Below, one piece after another: positions 8,277 through 17,449 of a stretch of DNA of 64,000 bases. The notes beneath the pieces are model-generated. The model saw only the letters and a list, made by a program, of their open reading frames with translations. It did no database searches and had not been told where the DNA came from. The position numbers and the translations under genes were made by a program. Origin of the DNA: an uncultured Alphaproteobacteria bacterium (GTDB lineage Bacteria; Pseudomonadota; Alphaproteobacteria; ATCC43930; CGMCC-115725); NCBI GenBank assembly GCA_963735465.1, contig CAVTLA010000002.1, positions 426,069 to 490,068 of the forward strand, read 5' to 3'. Each line of letters opens with the position of its first letter. Position 1 is the stretch's first letter.

Positions 8277-8286
8277 CGCCTGTCGG

Positions 8287-9315
8287 TTACACCGTCCCGA
8301 TCGGCGTCGCCGGCGAGCCCACCGCGCCCGGAAGCCTGAGCGGCGGCGCCGTCAGCAGGAAGCGGTAGCGGCTGCGCGCCCGCAGCCAGTCCGCGAGCTC
8401 GCTCAGATGCCAGATCTCGCCGAGATTGACGCCAAGCTTGAAGAGGCAGTGGGCGTGGAGCGGCAGGGAGGCGCAGTGATCGTCCTCGCAGGGCCTAGAG
8501 GGCGAGGCCTCCACCGCGTAGTTGTCGGCAATGAGCGAGACGAGGCCGCTCTTGGTGATCCAGTTGAGGAGCCGCTCGTCGCGGCCGTCGAGAGCGGCGC
8601 AGCTCCCATGCAGCGCCTCGTCGGTGGGGTTCTTCTTCATCTCGAGGAGCTGCTGGGCGAAGCCGGTGCGCAGGCACACCATGTCGCCCTCCTCCACCGT
8701 GACGCCGTCCTTCGCCATGATCTCCATGAGATCGTCGTAGCCCACGAGCTTGCGCGCGCGGCCATAGTGCGCCTCCAGATCGATCATGACCGCGCGGCCT
8801 TGCAGGCAGGCGGTCGCCATGTTCTCGACGCCCAGCGCCCGCGCGCCGGGCTCGGCGCCGCCGGGGTCCTGTGGCCCGACGATGTCGATGCCGGCGCGAT
8901 AGCCGTTGTAATAGACCTTCTGCGGCACGCCATCGCCGTTGACGTCGAAGAGCTGGCCGACATGGGCGAGGCTGTCCCACTGCGTCGAGTACTGCAGATG
9001 GATGAAGGCGGCGTCGTCGGAGACGACGTCGGTGAAGCGCGGGTCGATGTCGCGGAGCGCGAAGTTCATGTTGGGCCGGCCCTCGCGCACCGTCGGCTGC
9101 AGCTTCGGCGGGTGGCGGCGCGGGTTCAGCTTGCTGCCGCCGGGATAGTCGAGGGGCAGCGAGAGGCAGAAGGTGCGGCCTTCCTTCACCTCGGCGATGC
9201 CCTGGAGCACCTTCTTCGGCGTCAGCAGGTTGAGCCGGCCGCGCTGGTCGTCGGGTCCGAAATCGCCCCAGGTGGATCCCGGCGGGCGGCGCTTCCAGCG
9301 CGGATTGTCGGCCAT
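8287..9315 (-). CDS. cyclase family protein (kynurenine-formamidase-like fold)
   Basis: 342 aa. The N-terminal WGDFGPDDQRGRLNLLTP and the ..QWDSLAHVG.. and ..IADNYAVE.. blocks are typical of putative cyclase (PF04199-type) proteins. Confidence 0.75.
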   Translation of the reverse strand: MADNPRWKRRPPGSTWGDFGPDDQRGRLNLLTPKKVLQGIAEVKEGRTFCLSLPLDYPGGSKLNPRRHPPKLQPTVREGRPNMNFALRDIDPRFTDVVSDDAAFIHLQYSTQWDSLAHVGQLFDVNGDGVPQKVYYNGYRAGIDIVGPQDPGGAEPGARALGVENMATACLQGRAVMIDLEAHYGRARKLVGYDDLMEIMAKDGVTVEEGDMVCLRTGFAQQLLEMKKNPTDEALHGSCAALDGRDERLLNWITKSGLVSLIADNYAVEASPSRPCEDDHCASLPLHAHCLFKLGVNLGEIWHLSELADWLRARSRYRFLLTAPPLRLPGAVGSPATPIGTV

Positions 9316-9480
9316 CGCGTTTCTCCCCTCTGATGTTTTTCAGTCCGCGAGCAAGCCGCAGGGGCGCGCCCGCCGTCAAGCCCGAAGCTTCACGCGATTG
9401 TGGCCGAGCGGCCGGCCAGCCCGCCTGTATCCTCCGCTGGCCGCGGGCGCATCGCGCCCGTCAGGAACGGGGGGACATGC

Positions 9481-10365
9481 ATGGACGGAAATCATCTCAA
9501 AAGCCTGCAGCCGAAGTCGGAGTTCTCGCGCCGCGCCTTCGTGGTGACCGGCGTCACCGCGGGGTTCGCGCTCGCCGTGCAGCCGGTGCAGGCGCAGACC
9601 GTGATCACCACGGACACCAAAGGCCTGGTCGCCGGCGCGGTGCAGATCCCTGCCGAGGACGGCAACATCCCCGGCTACTATGCGCGACCCGCCGGCAAGG
9701 GCCCCTTCCCCACCATCCTCGTGGTGCAGGAGATCTTCGGTCTCCACGAGCACATCCAGGACATCTGCCGCCGCCTCGCCAAGGCCGGCTACTTCGCGGT
9801 GGCGCCGGCGCTCTACGCGCGCCAGGGCGATGCCGCCAAGCTGCCGGATGCGCAGGCGATCATGACGCAGATCGTTTCCAAAGTGGCGGACGTGCAGGTC
9901 GCCTCCGATCTCGACTCGACCGTGGCCTGGGCCCACAAGACGAAATACGCCGACACCTCCAGGCTCGGCATCACCGGCTTCTGCTGGGGCGGCCGGCAGG
10001 TCTGGCTGTATGCCGTGCACAACCCGAAATTGAAGGCGGCGGTCTCCTGGTACGGGCTGCTTGGCCATCCGAATTCGCCGATCACGCCATTGAGTGCGAT
10101 CGACCTCGTCGCCGATCTCCAGGTGCCCGTGCTCGGCCTCTACGGCGGCGACGATCCCGGCATTCCCGTGCCGCTGATCGAGGAGATGCGCGCCAAGCTC
10201 AAGGCCGCCAACAAGCCGTGCGAGATCGTGATCTATCCCAACACGCCGCATGGCTTCAACGCCGACTACCGCCCGAGCTACCGCGCCGATGCCGCGAAGG
10301 ACGGCTGGACGAAGATGCTGGCGTGGTTCAAGGGCCACGGCCTCGACAGTCACGGCATGGCGTGA
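9481..10365 (+). CDS. dienelactone hydrolase family protein, probable Tat-exported
   Basis: 294 aa from ATG 9481, after AGGAACGGGGGG. It has a twin-arginine-like signal SRRAFVVTGVTAGFALAVQPVQAQ. Blocks VVQEIFGL, GITGFCWGG and HGF are typical of DLH-fold hydrolases. Confidence 0.85.
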   Translation: MDGNHLKSLQPKSEFSRRAFVVTGVTAGFALAVQPVQAQTVITTDTKGLVAGAVQIPAEDGNIPGYYARPAGKGPFPTILVVQEIFGLHEHIQDICRRLAKAGYFAVAPALYARQGDAAKLPDAQAIMTQIVSKVADVQVASDLDSTVAWAHKTKYADTSRLGITGFCWGGRQVWLYAVHNPKLKAAVSWYGLLGHPNSPITPLSAIDLVADLQVPVLGLYGGDDPGIPVPLIEEMRAKLKAANKPCEIVIYPNTPHGFNADYRPSYRADAAKDGWTKMLAWFKGHGLDSHGMA

Positions 10366-10394
10366 AGGGCGAAAGCTCCATCAGATGACCTGAG

Positions 10395-10421
10395 GAAAGG
10401 CCCGCCAATGGCGGGCCTTTC
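10395..10421. terminator. GC hairpin between convergent genes (possible bidirectional terminator)
   Basis: GAAAGGCCCGCC-AAT-GGCGGGCCTTTC is a perfect 12-bp stem between the DLH stop (10365) and the cobT stop (10427). Confidence 0.5.
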
Positions 10422-10426
10422 GCTGC

Positions 10427-12301
10427 TCAGTGCATCCGCTTGCGCGCGGGCGACGAGGCGCCGGTGCGGGTGGGCGCGTCCTCGTCGAAGAGCTCGGCGA
10501 GCTTCTCCAGCATGGTGCCTCCGAGCTGCTCGGCGTCGACGATGGTGACGGCGCGGCGGTAATAGCGGGTCACGTCGTGGCCGATGCCGATCGCCACCAG
10601 CTCCACCGGCGAGCGGTGCTCGATCTCCTCGATCACCTGGCGCAGGTGCTTCTCCAGGTAGTTGCCGGGATTGACCGAGAGCGTGCTGTCGTCGACCGGC
10701 GCGCCGTCCGAGATCACCATCAGGATCCGGCGCTGCTCGTTGCGGGCGATCAGGCGGTTGTGCGCCCAGAGCAGCGCCTCGCCGTCGATGTTCTCCTTGA
10801 GGATGCCCTCGCGCAGCATCAGGCCGAGGCTGCGCCGGGCGCGGCGCCACGGTGCGTCCGCGGGCTTGTAGACGATGTGGCGGAGATCGTTGAGGCGGCC
10901 GGGATTCGGCGACTTGCCGGCGCCGATCCATTGCTCGCGGGACTGCCCGCCCTTCCAGGCGCGCGTCGTGAACCCCAGGATCTCCACCTTGACGCCGCAG
11001 CGCTCGAGCGTGCGCGCGAGGATGTCGGCGCTCATCGCCGCCACCGTGATCGGCCGCCCGCGCATGGAGCCGGAGTTGTCGATCAGCAGCGACACCACCG
11101 TATCGCGGAAGTCGGTCTCCAGCTCGCGCTTGTAGGAGAGCGGAAAGGTGGGATTGACCACCACGCGGGAGAGCCGCGCGGGATCGAGGATGCCTTCCTC
11201 GAGATCGAACTCCCAGGCCCGCGTCTGCTTGGCGAGGAGACGGCGCTGCAGGCGATTGGCGAGGCGCGCGATCACGCTCTGGAGATGGGCGATCTGCTGG
11301 TCGAGGAGACCGCGGAGCCGCGTCAGCTCCTCGGGATCGCAGAGCTCGTTGGCGTCGACGATCTCATCGTACTGCGCGGTGAAGGCGCGATAGGCCGTGG
11401 GATCGTCGGATCCCGCGGAATTGCGCGGCATGACGCCGGGGCGGCCCGGACGGCCGGGATCCTCGTCGCCGGCGCCGGGCATCAGCTCGCCCTGCACCTC
11501 GTCGGCGCCGGAGGGATCGCCGTCCTCCTCCTGGCCCTCGGGGATGCCGGCCTCGAGCGCGCTCTGGGCGCCGGACACGGAACCGTCGCCGGCCTCGCTC
11601 TGGCTCTCGGCGTCGGCGGCATCGTCGCCCTCGCCCTCCTTGTCGTCGCTCTCGCCGGAGGCGTCGGTGTCGCCGAGATCGAGATCGAGATCCTGGATCA
11701 GCTTGCGCGCCGCCTTGGCGTAGCCGTCCTGATCGGCGATGTGGCGATCGAGCTCGAGAATGTCGCGGCCGATCCGGCCCTCGAGCCAGGGACGCCACAG
11801 CTCCACCAGCTTCTGCGCCGCCGGCGGCGGCGGCGCGCCCGTGAGCTGCTCGCGGGCCAGCAGCCGCACCGCGTCGGCCAGCGTGCTCTCGTTGCGCTCG
11901 GAGAGGCGGTCGTAGCCCTGGCGGCGGTAGCGCGCCTCCAGCATGGCGGCGAGATTGCCGGCGACGCCGGCCATGTTCTTGACACCGAGCGCCTCGACTC
12001 GCGCCTGCTCCACGCCCTCGAAGACCGCGCGCGCCATCTCGCCTTGCGGCGCCCGGCGGGCATGCACCGCCGCGTCATGATGCCTGAGGCGAAGCGCCAG
12101 CGCATCGGCGGCGCCGCGCACCTGGGCCGCTTCCTGCTGGGAGAGATCGCGGGGCGGCGTCGGCAGGCGCGCGCGCGGACCGGCGAGGCCCGGCGGCTCG
12201 GGTCCGTAGCTCACGGTCACGTCGTCGCGCTCGGCGATCGCCCGCAAGGTGGCGGTCGTCGAGCGCTTGAAGATCTCGATAGGTGACGGCGGCTCGGCCA
12301 T
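10427..12301 (-). CDS. cobT: cobaltochelatase subunit CobT (VWA domain protein)
   Basis: 624 aa. N-terminus: [19 protein letters not shown]. It has an acidic low-complexity middle and a C-terminal VWA block ([16 protein letters not shown]). Confidence 0.9.
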   Translation of the reverse strand: MAEPPSPIEIFKRSTTATLRAIAERDDVTVSYGPEPPGLAGPRARLPTPPRDLSQQEAAQVRGAADALALRLRHHDAAVHARRAPQGEMARAVFEGVEQARVEALGVKNMAGVAGNLAAMLEARYRRQGYDRLSERNESTLADAVRLLAREQLTGAPPPPAAQKLVELWRPWLEGRIGRDILELDRHIADQDGYAKAARKLIQDLDLDLGDTDASGESDDKEGEGDDAADAESQSEAGDGSVSGAQSALEAGIPEGQEEDGDPSGADEVQGELMPGAGDEDPGRPGRPGVMPRNSAGSDDPTAYRAFTAQYDEIVDANELCDPEELTRLRGLLDQQIAHLQSVIARLANRLQRRLLAKQTRAWEFDLEEGILDPARLSRVVVNPTFPLSYKRELETDFRDTVVSLLIDNSGSMRGRPITVAAMSADILARTLERCGVKVEILGFTTRAWKGGQSREQWIGAGKSPNPGRLNDLRHIVYKPADAPWRRARRSLGLMLREGILKENIDGEALLWAHNRLIARNEQRRILMVISDGAPVDDSTLSVNPGNYLEKHLRQVIEEIEHRSPVELVAIGIGHDVTRYYRRAVTIVDAEQLGGTMLEKLAELFDEDAPTRTGASSPARKRMH

Positions 12302-12316
12302 CGTCGGCGTCCCCGC

Positions 12317-13321
12317 TCAGACCAGCGTCGCCTGGACCCCGGTCTCCTTGAGCTCGGTGCCGAAGCAGCGCTGGTAGTATTCCGCCACCGTCGGCCGCTC
12401 CAGCTCGTCGCACTTGTTCAGGAAGGTGAGGCGGAAGGCGAAGGAGATGTCGTTGAAGATGCGCGCGTTCTCCGCCCAGGTGATCACCGTGCGCGGCGAC
12501 ATGACGGTGGAGATGTCGCCGTTGATGAAGCCGGAGCGGGTGAGATCCGCCAGCGCCACCATGGCGCTGACGGTGCGGCGGCCATCCTCGTTGTCGTAGG
12601 TCGGCGCCTTCGCCAGCACAATTTCCACCTCGGCGTCGTGGGGCAGATAGTTGAGGGTCGCCACGATGTTCCAGCGGTCCATCTGGCCCTGGTTGATCTG
12701 CTGCGTGCCGTGATAGAGGCCGCTGGTGTCGCCGAGCCCCACCGTGTTGGCGGTGGAGAACAGGCGGAACGCCGGGTGCGGGCGGATGACGCGGTTCTGG
12801 TCGAGGAGGGTGAGCTTGCCTTCGACCTCGAGGACGCGCTGGATCACGAACATGACGTCGGGCCGTCCGGCGTCGTACTCGTCGAAGACAAGCGCCGTCG
12901 GATGCTGCAGCGCCCAGGGCAGCAGGCCCTCGCGGAACTCGGTCACCTGGCGCCCCTCGCGCAGCACGATCGCGTCCTTGCCGACGAGATCGATGCGGCT
13001 GATATGGCTGTCGAGATTGACGCGGATGCAGGGCCAGTTGAGGCGCGCCGCCACCTGCTCGATGTGGGTCGACTTGCCGGTGCCGTGATAGCCCTGGATC
13101 ATGACGCGGCGGTTGTAGGCGAAGCCCGCCAGGATCGCGAGCGTCGTGTCGCGGTCGAAGCGATAGGCCTCGTCGAGATCAGGGACGTGCTCGCTGGAGC
13201 TGCTGAAGGCGGGCACCTGCAGATCGGAATCGATACCGAAGGTCTGCCGGACCGAGACCGTGATGTCGGGGAGCCCGGCCGACGCATCCGCCGAGCCGTT
13301 GGAAGTCTGAGCCGAAGTCAT
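12317..13321 (-). CDS. cobS: cobaltochelatase subunit CobS (MoxR-like AAA+ ATPase)
   Basis: 334 aa from ATG 13321 (MTSAQTS..). Walker A: GYHGTGKST. Other blocks: [14 protein letters not shown] and FRLFSTANT. The upstream part of the 460-aa track ORF was rejected. Confidence 0.9.
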   Translation of the reverse strand: MTSAQTSNGSADASAGLPDITVSVRQTFGIDSDLQVPAFSSSSEHVPDLDEAYRFDRDTTLAILAGFAYNRRVMIQGYHGTGKSTHIEQVAARLNWPCIRVNLDSHISRIDLVGKDAIVLREGRQVTEFREGLLPWALQHPTALVFDEYDAGRPDVMFVIQRVLEVEGKLTLLDQNRVIRPHPAFRLFSTANTVGLGDTSGLYHGTQQINQGQMDRWNIVATLNYLPHDAEVEIVLAKAPTYDNEDGRRTVSAMVALADLTRSGFINGDISTVMSPRTVITWAENARIFNDISFAFRLTFLNKCDELERPTVAEYYQRCFGTELKETGVQATLV

Positions 13322-13374
13322 CGGAATGAACGAGTCCTTGAGCGAGGGGGAAAGGGGTGGTGGATCGTCTGGCC

Positions 13375-13935
13375 TCAGGTGCCGGGGAAGTAGCTGGCCT
13401 TCAGGGTCGCGTAGGCTTGGTTGATCACTTTGAGTTTCTCCTCCGCCGCCTTGTCCCCGCCGTGGGCGTCGGGATGGTGGCGTTTCACGAGTTCCTTGTA
13501 GCGGGCCTTGACCGCTCTGAAGGTCAGCGGCGGCGTCAGTTCGAAGACCGCCAGGGCCTCTTCCTCCGCCGTCAGCGGACGCTTGCGCTCCCGCGGCCGC
13601 GTGCTGGTGTCGTCCACATCGAAGAGCCCGTCGTCGCGCCAGCGTGGCTCGAAGCGAGCGCCGATGCGGCTGCCGAGCGGCCAGGTCGGTCGCTGCCAAA
13701 CGGTATCGGAGCGGATCTCCGCCTCGATCTCCGCCTCGCTCATCCCGGCATAGTAATTCCAGGCGGCGTTATAGGCGCGCACGTGATCGAGGCAGAACCA
13801 GTAGAAGGCATCGAGCTCCGACTTGGAGCGTGGCGCACGGAAGTCCCCCGCCGCCGCGCAACCGGGATGGTCGCAGGGTCTGAGCGCGGGATTTTCCGCG
13901 GAACGCGCCGTCAATTCGATCGAAAAAGACCGCAT
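13375..13935 (-). CDS. J-domain protein (DnaJ-class co-chaperone with C-terminal J domain)
   Basis: 186 aa from ATG 13935 (MRSFSIE..). It has a Cys-rich [16 protein letters not shown] block and a C-terminal J domain ([16 protein letters not shown]). Confidence 0.8.
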   Translation of the reverse strand: MRSFSIELTARSAENPALRPCDHPGCAAAGDFRAPRSKSELDAFYWFCLDHVRAYNAAWNYYAGMSEAEIEAEIRSDTVWQRPTWPLGSRIGARFEPRWRDDGLFDVDDTSTRPRERKRPLTAEEEALAVFELTPPLTFRAVKARYKELVKRHHPDAHGGDKAAEEKLKVINQAYATLKASYFPGT

Positions 13936-14070
13936 TATCACAGTATGGAGACGCTCTAGAAGCAAGACAAGCACATGAGCGCGTTGCAGCATTGCCGCTT
14001 GCAGCGCCGGGCCGCTTGACAGCGCGGCTGCCGTCTCCAAGCTTACTCAAACTTTCCGAAGACACCCCAA

Positions 14071-14343
14071 ATGCGCGTCGCCGCCCTCATCCGCACCAAG
14101 CTGACCGCCGCGTTAAGCCCTTCCCGCCTGGAAATTGTGGATGAATCTCACCACCACAAAGGACATGCGGGGGCAAGGCCAAATGGGGAGAGCCACTTCC
14201 GCGTCGAGATCGTCTCCGATGCCTTCCGGGGCAAGAGCCGGATCGAGCGCCAGCGCCTGGTCTACGCCGCCCTGGCGGATGAAATGTCGCATGACATTCA
14301 TGCCCTAAGCCTGATTACCCGAGCGCCCGGCGACACTCCTTGA
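14071..14343 (+). CDS. bolA: BolA family protein
   Basis: 90 aa. LEIVDESHHHKGHAG..HFRVEIVSDAFRGKSRIERQRLVY..IHALSL is a textbook BolA pattern. Confidence 0.9.
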   Translation: MRVAALIRTKLTAALSPSRLEIVDESHHHKGHAGARPNGESHFRVEIVSDAFRGKSRIERQRLVYAALADEMSHDIHALSLITRAPGDTP

Positions 14344-14345
14344 CG

Positions 14346-14359
14346 GTACGGAATCGTAC
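14346..14359. promoter_or_regulatory. candidate operator palindrome GTACG-N4-CGTAC (copy 1)
   Basis: GTACGGAATCGTAC is a perfect 5-bp inverted repeat with a 4-nt spacer. Confidence 0.35.
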
Positions 14360-14411
14360 TTTTCAGAAATCATGACGATAACCACGAAGGACAAGGTCTT
14401 GCGGCACGATA

Positions 14412-14425
14412 GTACGTCATCGTAC
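14412..14425. promoter_or_regulatory. candidate operator palindrome GTACG-N4-CGTAC (copy 2)
   Basis: GTACGTCATCGTAC has the same half-sites as copy 1. The centres are 66 bp apart and this copy lies about 80 bp upstream of the RHH gene start. Confidence 0.35.
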
Positions 14426-14501
14426 GCAACCTAGAGGGGTTCCAAAATTAGGCATACCCCTCGAGGTTGAAGACCCCAAAATTTGCCATAAATACTTTCT
14501 T

Positions 14502-14837
14502 ATGAAGCATGAAAACTACTACGACGGCGAACAGAGGCTTTTGGAGCCCTCCTTCGTCGTCACTCGCGATTCGACACTGGTCAGCGGCAACGTGACGGTG
14601 GCGGGGCGCCGCACCAGCATCCGTCTGGAACCGCAGATGTGGGGTGCGCTGCGGGAGGTCTGTGCCCGGGAAGGCAAGACCGTCCACATGCTCGTCACCG
14701 GCATCGATCACGGGCGCGCCGCCTCGAGCCTGACCGCCGCGATCCGGGTCCACGTCATGGACTACTTCCGGATTGCCGCCACCGAGGACGGACACCGCCG
14801 CGCCGGACACGGCGGAGAGGCTCAGCTCCCGGTATAG
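14502..14837 (+). CDS. ribbon-helix-helix (RHH_4-type) domain protein
   Basis: 111 aa. The block VTVAGRRTSIRLEPQMWGALREVCAREGKTV..LTAAIRVHVMDYF matches the RHH_4 pattern (..GH.TS..LE..FW..L.EIA...G.S...L...ID...NLSSA.R..). Confidence 0.7.
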   Translation: MKHENYYDGEQRLLEPSFVVTRDSTLVSGNVTVAGRRTSIRLEPQMWGALREVCAREGKTVHMLVTGIDHGRAASSLTAAIRVHVMDYFRIAATEDGHRRAGHGGEAQLPV

Positions 14838-15385
14838 AATTCCGGCCAGTAGCGCTTCACCAGCGCGCCGTCGGTCGCGTACGCGTAGCAGGTATCGAGG
14901 AGGCGCGGTTTCCGCGCCGGCTTCGCCGGGTCGCGATCGCCCTCGCGGCGATGCCGATGACGATAGGGAAATATCGTCTGAAAGCAGGTGGTGGCGAGCG
15001 GCGTCAACAGCTCCACCAGATGGGTGCAGCCCTGGGTCCCGCCCAGCAGCTCCCGCACCTTCGGCATGAAGCCCGGCCGGATCGACAGGCCGACGAGACG
15101 CTGATAGTTCACCGCCACTTCCGGACAGAGCTGATAGGGGCTGGCATCGGTCACCGCCTCCACCGCCTTGATCTCGAGATCGTCGGTGACGGTGAGACGG
15201 AGCCACATGTCGTGCACCGGCGTGCCCGGCGTCATCTCGCCGCGCCAGTCGCTCTCGAAGCTGTAGGTCTTGACGTCGGTCAGATGCGCCTCGACGTCCC
15301 AGAGGCCGTCGTCGCGGCGATAGCCGCGGCATTCGATCTGACGGGTGTGGATGTGCTCGCGGGGAGTGGGTGCTGAAAGGGGCAT
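14822..15385 (-). CDS. DUF2889 domain protein
   Basis: 187 aa from ATG 15385 (MPLSAPTPREH..). Blocks: RQIECRGYRRDDGLWDVEAHLTDVK and GCTHLVELL. Its 3' end overlaps the convergent RHH gene by 16 nt. Confidence 0.7.
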   Translation of the reverse strand: MPLSAPTPREHIHTRQIECRGYRRDDGLWDVEAHLTDVKTYSFESDWRGEMTPGTPVHDMWLRLTVTDDLEIKAVEAVTDASPYQLCPEVAVNYQRLVGLSIRPGFMPKVRELLGGTQGCTHLVELLTPLATTCFQTIFPYRHRHRREGDRDPAKPARKPRLLDTCYAYATDGALVKRYWPEFYTGS

Positions 15386-15454
15386 GGCGGGATATCTAGT
15401 CGTGCCGAAGTCCCGGCGCCAGCGCTTTTGCATCGACGCCCGGCATTTGGGCAG

Positions 15455-16564
15455 TTAACCAACCGCCGCCAGGAATTCGCCTACCGCGGCTTCCGGCACG
15501 TCGCGGGTGACGAACACTTCGCCGATCTCGCGCGGCAGGATGAAGGTCAGGCGGCCGTCCTGCACCTTCTTGTCACGGCGCATATGCGCCACCAGGCGAT
15601 CGGCGCTGAAGCGGCGGCCGGGAATTCCCTTGAGGGAGACCGGCAATCCCACCGCGGAGAGATGTCGGCGCACGCGCTCCGCCGTCTGCAGGGTGGCGTG
15701 GCCGAGGCGCACCGAGAAATCGAAGGCGAGCGTCATGCCGAGCGCCACCGCCTCGCCGTGCAGCAGCTCCGATCCGTAGCCGGTCTCCGCCTCCAGCGCG
15801 TGGCCGAAGGTGTGGCCGAAATTGAGGAGCGCCCGCTCGCCGGTCTCGCGCTCGTCGGCGGCCACCACCGCCGCCTTGTGCCGGCAGCTTTCCGCCACCG
15901 CGCGCGCCTGCAGCGCCGGATCGCCGGCGACGAGGGCCGCGCCGGCGCTTTCCAGCCACTCGAAGAAAGCTCGGTCGCGGATGAGGCCGTACTTCGCCAC
16001 TTCCGCATAGCCCGCCAGCAACTCGCGCCGCGGCAGCGTGGCAAGGGCGGCGACATCCGCCAGCACCAGCACCGGCTGGTGGAACGCGCCCACCAGATTC
16101 TTGCCGTGCGACGAGTTGATCGCGGTCTTGCCGCCGACGGAGCTGTCGACCTGGGACAGCAGCGTGGTCGGCACCTGCACGTAGTCGATGCCGCGCAGCA
16201 GGGTCGCCGCGGCGAAACCCGCGAGATCGCCAACCACGCCGCCGCCCAGCGCCACGATCAGGCTCTTGCGCTCGATGCCCAGCGCCAGGATGCCCTCGGC
16301 GAGGCGCGCGTAGTGCGCGAAGTCCTTGCTGCCCTCGCCCGACGGCACCACGATCTCCGCATGCCGGACGCCGGCGCCGTCGAGACTGGATGTCAGCGCC
16401 GGCAGATGCAGTCCCGCCACCGTCGCGTCGGTGACGACGACGATGCGCCGGCCGCCCGCGAGCGGCGCCAGATGCTGGCCCGCGCCGGCGATCAGGCCGG
16501 AGCCCACGTGAATATCGTAGCTGCGCGGGCCGAGCTCGACGCGAATGACGTGGGTATCGCTCAT
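15455..16564 (-). CDS. aroB: 3-dehydroquinate synthase
   Basis: 369 aa. Blocks: GGGVVGDLAGFAAAT, VQVPTTLLSQVDSSVGGKT, NFGHTFGHALE. Confidence 0.95.
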   Translation of the reverse strand: MSDTHVIRVELGPRSYDIHVGSGLIAGAGQHLAPLAGGRRIVVVTDATVAGLHLPALTSSLDGAGVRHAEIVVPSGEGSKDFAHYARLAEGILALGIERKSLIVALGGGVVGDLAGFAAATLLRGIDYVQVPTTLLSQVDSSVGGKTAINSSHGKNLVGAFHQPVLVLADVAALATLPRRELLAGYAEVAKYGLIRDRAFFEWLESAGAALVAGDPALQARAVAESCRHKAAVVAADERETGERALLNFGHTFGHALEAETGYGSELLHGEAVALGMTLAFDFSVRLGHATLQTAERVRRHLSAVGLPVSLKGIPGRRFSADRLVAHMRRDKKVQDGRLTFILPREIGEVFVTRDVPEAAVGEFLAAVG

Positions 16565-17130
16565 CGCGTCGCCTCGTCGGCGCGCGCGGCGCGGAGCGCG
16601 AGATACTCGTCGAGCGCCGTCATCACCCGCTCCAGCGTCGCCTCCGGCGGGCCGTCGACGGTGTCGACGGTGATCTCCGCCTGGGCGTAGATGGGGTAGC
16701 GCTGCTCGATCAGCCGCTCCAGGGTCTCGCGGTGATCGCCGTACTTGAGCAGCGGGCGATTGTTCCGGCGCGACACCCGCACCAGCAGCAGCTCGATGTC
16801 GGCGCGCAGCCAGATCGAGATGCCGCGCTCGCGGATCAGGCGCCGGGTGTCGGGATCGAGGAAGGCGCCGCCGCCGGTGGCGAGGACGTGCTTGGGTCCG
16901 TCGAGGAGACGCGCGATGACGCGCCGCTCACCGTCGCGGAACGCCGCCTCGCCGCGCCGCTCGAAGATCTCCTCGATGGTCTCGCCGGCGGCGGCCTCGA
17001 TCTCGCCGTCACCGTCGACGAAGGGCAGATTCAGGCGCAGCGCCAGGCGGCGACCGATATTGGTCTTGCCGGCACCCATCAGACCCACCAGCACGATGGT
17101 TTTGGGAACTTGGAATTGTGGCGCGCCCAT
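16561..17130 (-). CDS. aroK: shikimate kinase
   Basis: 189 aa from ATG 17130. The P-loop LVGLMGAGKT lies about 10 aa from the start. The stop overlaps the aroB start (ATGA). Confidence 0.9.
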   Translation of the reverse strand: MGAPQFQVPKTIVLVGLMGAGKTNIGRRLALRLNLPFVDGDGEIEAAAGETIEEIFERRGEAAFRDGERRVIARLLDGPKHVLATGGGAFLDPDTRRLIRERGISIWLRADIELLLVRVSRRNNRPLLKYGDHRETLERLIEQRYPIYAQAEITVDTVDGPPEATLERVMTALDEYLALRAARADEATR

Positions 17131-17308
17131 GGCCTGACGTGGTGGGGTTCCGGCGGTCCCATCGTTGAATCCGTCAGGTCGCGCCGATAGACTGTCGGCG
17201 CCCGACGAGTCGCGCACCCTAGCATAGAGCGGCGCGCGGCGGTCAACCGGCGCCGGAGCCGAGTTGCCCGACAGAATGCGGGCGGCGAACGAGGAAAAAA
17301 GGGACGAA

Positions 17309-17449
17309 ATGGTGAAGGTGGCCTTGATCGTAGTCGCGGCGGTGGTGGTTCTCCTCGCCGTTGGCGCCGCCGTGCTGGCGGTTTGGGACATCCCGGCGCC
17401 GACGCAGCCGGTCGAACGGGTGCTGCCCGATGCCCGCTTCCCGAAATGA
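17309..17449 (+). CDS. small single-pass membrane protein (hypothetical)
   Basis: 46 aa from ATG 17309, preceded by AAAAGGGA. It has one hydrophobic helix (VALIVVAAVVVLLAVGAAVLAV) and overlaps the next gene by 20 nt. Confidence 0.45.
   Translation: MVKVALIVVAAVVVLLAVGAAVLAVWDIPAPTQPVERVLPDARFPK

Noticed and set aside
10427-13321. An AAA+ (MoxR-like) plus VWA gene pair as a possible novel defence system.
   Set aside because: Both proteins carry the specific CobS/CobT hallmarks and sit in a conserved housekeeping block. Nothing suggests a defence island.
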